Shown: one piece after another, positions 57,125 through 64,000 of the stretch
How the letters are laid out: each line of letters begins with the position of its first letter
Numbering within the stretch: position 1 is the stretch's first letter
From: an uncultured Gemmatimonadales bacterium
GTDB lineage: Bacteria; Gemmatimonadota; Gemmatimonadetes; Gemmatimonadales; GWC2-71-9
Direction of reading: 5' to 3'
DNA length: 64,000 nucleotides
NCBI GenBank assembly: GCA_963795085.1
Contig: CAWCFX010000006.1
Location: 544,001-608,000 of the forward strand
The notes under the pieces: generated by a model
What the model was told of the DNA's origin: nothing
Database searches by the model: none
What the model saw: only the letters and a program-made list of their open reading frames with translations
Program-made: the position numbers and the translations under genes

Positions 57125-58621
57125 TCACTTGACGCCCACCGGCGTCGCGCTGCTCGCCGTCTCTTCCAGCTTCTGCTCTTCGTGGTACTCGAAATCCGTA
57201 TTCACGGCCCACAGGTCGTGGGAGGCACCCTGCATGTTCCACAGCGCCATCATCGCCGTGAGCATCGAGTGGTCCTGGTTGTTGTACTTGTGCATGCCGT
57301 TGCGGCCGACGGTATGCAGGTTGGAGATCGTGTCGATGTATTCGCGCACCACGTCCAGGTGGCCGCGGTACTGCGAATCGTAGATCGGGTAGGCCTTGGG
57401 CATCCGGATCACGGCGCCATCCTTCACCAGCGACGCGCTCGCCAGGCCCAGGCTCTCCAGCTCGCGGGCGGCCTGGGCGATCAGGTCCGCGTCCTTCGAT
57501 TCCCAGAGGCCGTCGCCCTTGAAGCAGAAGTACTCCATCCCGATGCAGGTCATCCCCGGCACCGGCACCATGGCCTGGCTCCAGTTGTTGAAGTTCTGGA
57601 TCCGCCCCACCTGCACGCCCGGCGTGTGGATGTAGATCCAGTTGTCGGGGAAGAGATCCTGTTTGTCGAGCATCAGCGCCACCACCAGGAAGTCCCGGTA
57701 CTTGAGCCCCTCGGCGGCCTGCCGCACCGGCTCCGGCACCGCGGGCGAGAGGGAGCGCACCAGGTTCCGCACCGGCATGGTATTGATGACGTGCTCGGCG
57801 GGGAAATGCTTCTCCCCTTCCGGTGTGCTGGCCCAGACCCCGGTCACCTTGCCGTTTTCCAGGTCGATCCGGGTGGCGTAGTGCTGCATGTGCACGTCGT
57901 TGCCCATCTCGATGATCCGGTCGCGGCACATCTCCCACATCTGGCCGGGGCCGAGCCGGGGATACTGGAACTCGTTGATCAGGGTCTTGATCTTGGTGGA
58001 GCGCTTGTTGAGCTGCGCCGCCGAAAGAATCGCCTTGGCCAGGGACAGCCCCTGGATCCGCTGGGCCGCCCACTCGGCCCGGATCTCGGTGCAGGGAATG
58101 CCCCAGACTTTTTCCGTGTAGGTCTTGAAGAAGATCCGGTAGAGGCGGGTGCCGAACCGGTTGGAGACCCACTGCTCGAAGTTCTCCTCCACCTTGCTGG
58201 GGCGGAGCCGGGCCTTGAAATAGCTGAGGACGATGAGAATGGCGTTCCAGATGCCCAGGCCGGACAGCGCGTTGGCGGCCTTGAGCGGATAGTCGAAGTA
58301 CTTCCCGCCGTAGTGGATGCGCGACATCCGGGGCACCGAGATGAACTCTTTCCCCAGGATCTCGTGCCAGAGCGCTTCGACCGGCGCGATCTTGGTGAAG
58401 AACCGGTGCCCGCCGATGTCGAAGCGGAACCCCTTGTACTGCGCCGTCCGGGAAATCCCGCCCACGATGTCGTCGCCCTCGAGCACGGTCACCGCATGGC
58501 CCTGCTTGGAGAGCAGGTACGCCGCGGTCAGCCCCGCCGGTCCGGCGCCGATCACCACGGTGCGATCGCCGGGAGCCAACTGGTCCACCGTCCTGCCACC
58601 CGGTATTTCCGAAGACGTCAT
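57125..58621 (-). CDS. NAD(P)/FAD-dependent oxidoreductase (protoporphyrinogen-oxidase-like, glycan-locus type)
   Basis: IGAGPAGLTAAY, VGGISRT, FDIGGHRFFTK, YTEKVWG, GRNGMHKYNNQDHSMLTA. Confidence 0.9.
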   Translation of the reverse strand: MTSSEIPGGRTVDQLAPGDRTVVIGAGPAGLTAAYLLSKQGHAVTVLEGDDIVGGISRTAQYKGFRFDIGGHRFFTKIAPVEALWHEILGKEFISVPRMSRIHYGGKYFDYPLKAANALSGLGIWNAILIVLSYFKARLRPSKVEENFEQWVSNRFGTRLYRIFFKTYTEKVWGIPCTEIRAEWAAQRIQGLSLAKAILSAAQLNKRSTKIKTLINEFQYPRLGPGQMWEMCRDRIIEMGNDVHMQHYATRIDLENGKVTGVWASTPEGEKHFPAEHVINTMPVRNLVRSLSPAVPEPVRQAAEGLKYRDFLVVALMLDKQDLFPDNWIYIHTPGVQVGRIQNFNNWSQAMVPVPGMTCIGMEYFCFKGDGLWESKDADLIAQAARELESLGLASASLVKDGAVIRMPKAYPIYDSQYRGHLDVVREYIDTISNLHTVGRNGMHKYNNQDHSMLTAMMALWNMQGASHDLWAVNTDFEYHEEQKLEETASSATPVGVK

Positions 58622-58708
58622 TACAGAACTCCAGTAAAGAGAACTGACCGCCGGAATGGATGGAACCTGCTACCCTGTCAGCATCCTCCGCCTCTTACTT
58701 CTCACCCG

Positions 58709-59605
58709 TCACGTCACCCGGCTCAGCGCATCGCCCGGCCCGAACCAGGCACCGACGGCCTCGCCGGCGGCCCACCCGGTCACGAACAGGGCCAGCAGGG
58801 GGAGCGACCGCACCAGTTCGGCGCGATGGGTCCCCTTTTTCCAGATCCGGCTCACCGTGCGGTAAAACAGCACCGGCGGCAGCGCGCAGGCGGCCAGGCC
58901 ATAGGCGAGCCGGCGAGACAGCGGGGCATCCGCCACCCGGGCCCCGGCGTAGGAGCGGGAATAGAGATAGCGCTGGGAAAAGTATTCCCAGATGGTATAG
59001 TGCTTCTTGTGGCCGACCTTGATGCCCGGCCGGCAGAACAGGGTCACCCCGTCCTCCCGGAGCCGGTCGTGCAGGTGATTCTCCCAACGGCCCTGTTCGG
59101 TCACCGCCCGGTACCGCTCCAGCAGGGACCGGCGATACACGGTGTTGTTCCCGGTGAGCCACTCCGACGGCCCCTCGGGCAGGGGGGGCAGCAGGTGGCT
59201 GTATTCGCAGAGAAACGCGGCCCAGTCCACCGTCCGCTGGGTGGCGGCATTCTCGACCGATCCACCCACCACCTCTTCGCCCCGCTCCTGGGCTTCCAGC
59301 AACTGGCGGGCCCAACCGGGGGGAACCAGGACGTGGTCTTCGATCACGGCCACCGAGCGGCCGGTGGCGACGCCAAACGCCAGGGCGCGGAGATCCGGAA
59401 TCGTAGTACCGGCGGGGGCCTCCAGCAGGCGGGTATCGGGGAAGCGGTTTCTCACCTGGTCCCGGACCGCCTCGCCCACCCGGTCCGCCACCAGGATTTC
59501 CAGGACCGCGTCGGCCCGCTGGTGCTCCAGTGCCGCCAGGCACCCCTCCAGATCACTCCAACCGTTAACCGACGGAACGACGACGGAAAGATCTATGGCC
59601 GTCAT
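58709..59605 (-). CDS. Glycosyltransferase family 2-like
   Basis: LSVVVPSVN, VAVIEDH, VGGSVEN, WAAFLCEY; paralog of 18254-19162. Confidence 0.75.
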   Translation of the reverse strand: MTAIDLSVVVPSVNGWSDLEGCLAALEHQRADAVLEILVADRVGEAVRDQVRNRFPDTRLLEAPAGTTIPDLRALAFGVATGRSVAVIEDHVLVPPGWARQLLEAQERGEEVVGGSVENAATQRTVDWAAFLCEYSHLLPPLPEGPSEWLTGNNTVYRRSLLERYRAVTEQGRWENHLHDRLREDGVTLFCRPGIKVGHKKHYTIWEYFSQRYLYSRSYAGARVADAPLSRRLAYGLAACALPPVLFYRTVSRIWKKGTHRAELVRSLPLLALFVTGWAAGEAVGAWFGPGDALSRVT

Positions 59606-60093
59606 GATGGGGTGGTCGGATCGGGCCGGGGGATCCCCATTGCTGCCAGCCGGTCCCGCCACTCCAGGGGATCGCCGTTCCGGCTGATTCCGGGACCGGG
59701 CCGCAGAATGCCGCCCCGATGCGCCAGTACCTCGGCCCAATCCTGCCCCACCGCCTGCTCATCGTCGGTCAGCGCCACCACGTGGCCCGAGGCTTCACTC
59801 ATGCCAAGCGCAAATAGATCTGCAATCGCAGCCCCCGGAGCAGCCATGACGAACCGGACCCCGCTGAAGGTCCGGGCCAGGTCCGACAACTGTGAAGGTG
59901 TATCCGACCGGGCGACCAGGACCTCGGCTCCAGCGCTCTGCGCCGGGCCCACCATGGCGCGAAGCGCGGCCTCCAGCGCCGCTCGCCCTCCCTTGGAGGC
60001 CACCAGGACCGAGAGCGACGGCGCCGAAACCTTCCGCAGACTGCGGCCGGAAAAGGGGGTCTCGTTGGCCATCGGAACAAATATGACGCTCAT
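59602..60093 (-). CDS. Short, degenerate GT2-like protein
   Basis: LSVLVAS, EVLVA, GMSEASGHVVALTDD; only the N-terminal GT-A half; start uncertain. Confidence 0.5.
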   Translation of the reverse strand: MSVIFVPMANETPFSGRSLRKVSAPSLSVLVASKGGRAALEAALRAMVGPAQSAGAEVLVARSDTPSQLSDLARTFSGVRFVMAAPGAAIADLFALGMSEASGHVVALTDDEQAVGQDWAEVLAHRGGILRPGPGISRNGDPLEWRDRLAAMGIPRPDPTTPS

Positions 60094-60251
60094 CAGGGGC
60101 TCCCCCAAGAATCCAGCCGGAAGTTGCTGGGACACCGTGAATTGCAAGGCAGGTGCCAGTAACCCATCGGTCAGTGTCCCGATGGTGGCGGCCTACCCCA
60201 ATGGCCTGCCGGTGGTGTGGCGTGGATACCACAGTAGGAAGGATCCGGATG

Positions 60252-61889
60252 CTACAGTGAGGCGTCGTTCTGGCGCTCCGCCTCCTCCTGGGCCAGGCTC
60301 TTCTGGATGTTTGTAAGGTTCTGGCAGGCGTTGTGGGCGATTCCCTCGGGCCGGGCGTGGATGCGGAGCAGGATGGTGCGATAACCAAAATCTTTCACTA
60401 ATTCGAGCCTCGAACACGCGGGCAGCAGGGGCCGGACGATCTCCGCGCCGCCCACGAAGGGAGTCACCAGGATGTACTCGATGCCCTGCCCCTGCACGAA
60501 GCCCAGGACGTCGTCCTTGCCCTTCTGCATGGCCAGGTCCGGATGGAGGACCCGGTGGCCGGTGTAGTAGTAGAAGGTCGCTTCCTTGATCGTCAGAACC
60601 GCTGCCGAGGCGGGGAGCGTGGCCTTGGCGAACCGGGTCGCTTCGAAGAAAGCCAGTCGGTCTTCCTTGAAGCACGCCTTGCTGACCAGGGCCTGGGTCC
60701 GGTCGCATTCCCGCAGTGCGCCGGCAAACTCCCATGCACGGGGAGCGGCGTTCACCGCCAAAGTAAGGGACAGAGCCACGGTCAGAGCCAGCGCCACCCG
60801 GCGTCCCCAGCGAAGGAACATTACCACAAGGCCGAGCATGACGGCCAGGAGCAGCAGCGGCTCCACCGGCATGATGAACCGGGTCATTTTGTACGGGTAC
60901 AGCAGCAGCAGGCCACAATAGGAAAGGAAATAGAACGGCAGGGCGGGCCCTCGACGGCGCAGGGCCCAGAACCCTATGCCTCCGAAAACGAGAAACAGCC
61001 CGAGCCAGAAGGCGTTGTCGACCACGGTGGTATCGATGGTAGGCACCTGGAGCCCGGCCGCAAACGACTTGCCCAGGTACACCTTGACGAAGTTGATGGC
61101 GCGGGTCAGCAGCAACCCGGCTGGCCCCGAGAAGTGCTGCGCGGTGCTGGTGGCGACCGCGGCATAGGACCGCTCCGTGAACTGAAACGGCGCCACCGTG
61201 GTCCAGTAGAGCCACCCCCCGACCGTCAGCGCCGAGACCCCGGCCAGCAGCATGGCCGGCTTGAACCTCCTCTGAAATAGCCAGAGCAGCAGGACTCCTC
61301 CGAGCAACGCGACACCGACGCTCCGAGTGAGCGCGGCGATGATGGCCAGCCCCCCGGCCAGGACGTATTGCCGGGTTCCCGGTGAGAGGCAGGTCAGCAC
61401 CCAGATCGTCGCGATGGAGAAGAACATGTAGGGCGGCTCGGTGGAAATCCGCCCGGCATAGATGAGGAGCGACCGGTTGAGCACGAGCGGCAACAGGACC
61501 AGCACCCCGATCACCGGGCCGGCGAAGCGCCGGGCCAGGTCGAACACCAGCAGCAGTGCCAGCGTCGAGAACAGGATGGTCAGCCCCTGGGCCACATTGA
61601 GGCTGGGGCCCATGACCGCGGCCCCGAGTGCCAGCGCCGCCGGATAGGCCGGCGGGTATTGGGCATGCACCGGGGATCCGATGACATGGAGGTCGAGGTA
61701 CCGGAGGGAGCCCAGCGAACGGGCCAGCAGGAGATACAGGGCATCGTCGTTGGCGGCGGGCGTCACGGCGGGAAGCCGTCCCAGCCAGGCCAGCAGGGCG
61801 TGGGTCAGGAGCAACATGGCGGCGATGACCCAGCAGAGCCGCCGGATCAGCGCATCGGATTCAACCATTACCGGCTCGGATGGAGCCAT
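60252..61889 (-). CDS. GT-C glycosyltransferase (GT39/83-like)
   Basis: NDDALYLLLARSL, YPPAYP, STEP, LTRSVG, RFIMP; multi-TM with C-terminal periplasmic domain. Confidence 0.8.
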   Translation of the reverse strand: MAPSEPVMVESDALIRRLCWVIAAMLLLTHALLAWLGRLPAVTPAANDDALYLLLARSLGSLRYLDLHVIGSPVHAQYPPAYPAALALGAAVMGPSLNVAQGLTILFSTLALLLVFDLARRFAGPVIGVLVLLPLVLNRSLLIYAGRISTEPPYMFFSIATIWVLTCLSPGTRQYVLAGGLAIIAALTRSVGVALLGGVLLLWLFQRRFKPAMLLAGVSALTVGGWLYWTTVAPFQFTERSYAAVATSTAQHFSGPAGLLLTRAINFVKVYLGKSFAAGLQVPTIDTTVVDNAFWLGLFLVFGGIGFWALRRRGPALPFYFLSYCGLLLLYPYKMTRFIMPVEPLLLLAVMLGLVVMFLRWGRRVALALTVALSLTLAVNAAPRAWEFAGALRECDRTQALVSKACFKEDRLAFFEATRFAKATLPASAAVLTIKEATFYYYTGHRVLHPDLAMQKGKDDVLGFVQGQGIEYILVTPFVGGAEIVRPLLPACSRLELVKDFGYRTILLRIHARPEGIAHNACQNLTNIQKSLAQEEAERQNDASL

Positions 61890-62047
61890 GGTGCCCCCGT
61901 GGAGGTATGCCCGGCGCTCAAAACGCTGTGGAGGAGACGAACCTGCATCGATATGCAACAGCCGCGCCATGGCCCCCGTCTTGCGACTAGTCCGCTGCGG
62001 GGAAACCTTCTACACTCGCCCTCCCCCGGCCCTCGAACCCTGGCGGC

Positions 62048-63790
62048 ATGACGACCCAGATCCTACCCCCGGCGCGCCACCTGCTCACGATCGGCCTGGA
62101 AGACTACTACCAGGTCGGGGCCTTCGACGCGCTGATCCATCCGGAGCAGTGGTACCGCTTCGAGGACCGGCTGGAGCGGAGCACCCGCCGGACGCTGGAT
62201 CTGCTGGACGAGTTCGGCCTGAGGGCCACCTTCTTCGTGCTGGGCTGGACCGCTGAGAAGCTTCCGGATCTGGTGCGGGAGGTGGCCGAGCGGGGCCACG
62301 AGATCGCCTGCCGGGGGTACTACCATCGCGGTATACGAACCATGGCGCCGGCCGAGTTCCGGGAGGACGTGCTGCGCGCCCGGGATACGCTGGAGCGGGC
62401 TGCCGGAACGCGTGTGCTGGGATACCGGGTCGCGAACGGCTGGTTCGACCGATCCGATCTCTGGGCCCTCGACGTGCTGGCCAGCGAGGGGTTCGAGTAC
62501 GATTCCAGCCTGGCGCCGTTCGGGCGCCAGTACGCCGCCGAGCCGTGGCGCCGCTTCGTGCACTCCCATCATTTTGGAGACCGGGTATTGTGGGAGTTCC
62601 CCATCTCCACCGCCCAGCTGCTGGGACAGATGATCCCGGTGGCCGGAGGCAATTACCTCCGCCAGCTGCCCCACTGGTTCGTGGCCGGGGCCATCGCCCG
62701 GTGGGACCGGCAGTTCACGGCCCCCCTCGTCTTCTACTTCCACACCTGGGAACTGGATCCCGGCCAGCCCCGGATCAGCGCGGCACCCTGGCTGGCCCGG
62801 CTGCGCCACTACCGCCATCTCGACCGGATGGAGCAGCTGCTTCGGTACTACTTCGCCCGCTACCGGATGACCGGGGTGGCCGAGCACCTGGGGTTGAGCA
62901 CTGCCCTGGCCCGCACCCCCAGCGTGTCGGATCCCGCGGCGCGGAAGCCGGCGGTTCCGGCGCCCATCCTCGTGCCGGAGGACCGGCAGCGCATCCCGGT
63001 CACCGTGGTCATTCCCTGCTACAACGAGGAGCTGGTCCTCCCCTACCTCGCCAACACCCTGGCACGGGTGCAGGGCGTGCTCGGGGACCGCTACGAGTTG
63101 CGATTCACGTTCGTGGACGACCGGAGCACCGATACCACCTGGCCGGCCCTGCACCAGGTCTTCGGGGACGCGGCCAACGTCACCATCCTCCGCCACGAGC
63201 GGAACCAGGGCGTCGCCGCCGCCATCATGACCGGCCTCGACCATGCCACCACCGAAATCGTCTGTTCGATGGACTGCGACTGCACCTACGATCCGCACCT
63301 GCTGGGAGAGATGATTCCGCTGCTGGACGAGGCGGAACTGGTGACCGCCTCCCCGTATCATCCCCAGGGAGCCGTGCGTAACGTCCCCGAATGGCGGCTG
63401 CTGTTGTCCCGCCAACTCTCCCGTCTGTACCGGCTGGTCCTGGGGCGGAAGCTTCATACCTGGACCAGTTGTTTCCGGGTGTACCGCCGGAGTTCCGCCG
63501 TTGGCCTCCGGCTCACCCGGAGCGGTTTTCTGGGCGTGGCCGAAACGATGGCCATCCTGGTGCTGCGCGGTTCCCGGGTGGTGGAGTATCCCGCCACGCT
63601 CGACGTGCGCATCCTGGGACGCTCCAAGATGAAGATCTTCCGCACCGTGCTGGGACACCTCCGGCTGCTCGCCGGCCTGGCGGTGCGGCGTCTCGCCGGG
63701 CGGACCGGGGTCGTTGCTGCGGCGCCGGGAGTCCGGCCCGCACCGGACCGGCAGGAGACGCCGGCGCCATATACCGACACCCTCCGTTAG
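62048..63790 (+). CDS. Polysaccharide deacetylase (DUF3473/XrtA-system type) fused to GT2
   Basis: EDYYQV, ATFFVLGW, YDSS, PVAGGNYLR, YFHTWELDPGQPR; then VVIPCYNEE, VDDRSTD, MDCDCTYDP, TSCFRVYRR, G.SKM. Confidence 0.85.
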   Translation: MTTQILPPARHLLTIGLEDYYQVGAFDALIHPEQWYRFEDRLERSTRRTLDLLDEFGLRATFFVLGWTAEKLPDLVREVAERGHEIACRGYYHRGIRTMAPAEFREDVLRARDTLERAAGTRVLGYRVANGWFDRSDLWALDVLASEGFEYDSSLAPFGRQYAAEPWRRFVHSHHFGDRVLWEFPISTAQLLGQMIPVAGGNYLRQLPHWFVAGAIARWDRQFTAPLVFYFHTWELDPGQPRISAAPWLARLRHYRHLDRMEQLLRYYFARYRMTGVAEHLGLSTALARTPSVSDPAARKPAVPAPILVPEDRQRIPVTVVIPCYNEELVLPYLANTLARVQGVLGDRYELRFTFVDDRSTDTTWPALHQVFGDAANVTILRHERNQGVAAAIMTGLDHATTEIVCSMDCDCTYDPHLLGEMIPLLDEAELVTASPYHPQGAVRNVPEWRLLLSRQLSRLYRLVLGRKLHTWTSCFRVYRRSSAVGLRLTRSGFLGVAETMAILVLRGSRVVEYPATLDVRILGRSKMKIFRTVLGHLRLLAGLAVRRLAGRTGVVAAAPGVRPAPDRQETPAPYTDTLR

Positions 63791-63793
63791 CCG

Positions 63794-64000
63794 ATGGGCA
63801 CCATCGGGATCGTCGGCGGCGGAATGCTGGGCATGGCCCTGGCCCTCCGGCTTACCCGCCAGGGCCGCCAGGTCACCATCCTCGAGGCCGGCAATGCCCC
63901 GGGCGGTTTGGCCGCTCCGGCCCGCATCGGTGCATTCACCTGGGACCGCTTCTACCATGTGACCCTGCTCTCGGACCACGCGCTCCGGGAGTTGCTGCGC
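63794..64000 (+). CDS. FAD-dependent oxidoreductase, N-terminal part (runs off window end)
   Basis: Manual translation: MGTIGIVGGGMLGMALALRL...ILEAGNAPGGLA...WDRFYHV. Confidence 0.8.
   Translation, partial: MGTIGIVGGGMLGMALALRLTRQGRQVTILEAGNAPGGLAAPARIGAFTWDRFYHVTLLSDHALRELLR

Noticed and set aside
57119..60316. Very long ORFs antisense to real genes (e.g. 1065 aa here, also 13144-15423, 23855-25900, 46101-48146)
   Set aside because: Shadow ORFs from high-GC codon bias; no motifs, and each lies opposite a well-supported gene.

Overview
High-GC (roughly two-thirds G+C by eye) bacterial DNA from a diderm, since it encodes an outer-membrane beta-barrel and lipoproteins. The gene style is suggestive of Gemmatimonadota, but that is inference only. 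Positions 1-8.7 kb (minus strand) hold a NitT/TauT-type ABC importer, an alginate-export-type porin, two flavin-dependent halogenases, an ECF sigma/anti-sigma pair and a beta-propeller lipoprotein. The importer's substrate-binding gene has an in-frame TGA followed by a SECIS-like hairpin, making it a candidate selenoprotein. Divergently, 9.0-17.3 kb holds a prolyl-carrier-protein oxidation cassette: a PltE/AnaB-like dehydrogenase, a PltL-like carrier protein and a PltF-like proline adenylation enzyme. It encloses two MBOAT-SGNH fusion acyltransferases and the window has no PKS/NRPS. The rest (17.3-64 kb) is a large cell-surface glycan synthesis and tailoring island: many GT2/GT4/GT-C glycosyltransferases, flippases, a UbiA-DprE1-DprE2 arabinose module, a CofD/YvcK-GT2 fusion module, carbamoyltransferase-SxtJ-SxtK, sulfotransferase, sulfatase-like protein, deacetylases and oxidoreductases. 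The best candidate for an undescribed system is a Dlt/AlgI-like pathway that makes (halo)pyrrole-2-carboxyl-S-PCP and esterifies it onto an extracytoplasmic glycan. All family assignments come from motif recognition by eye; no database searches were run.
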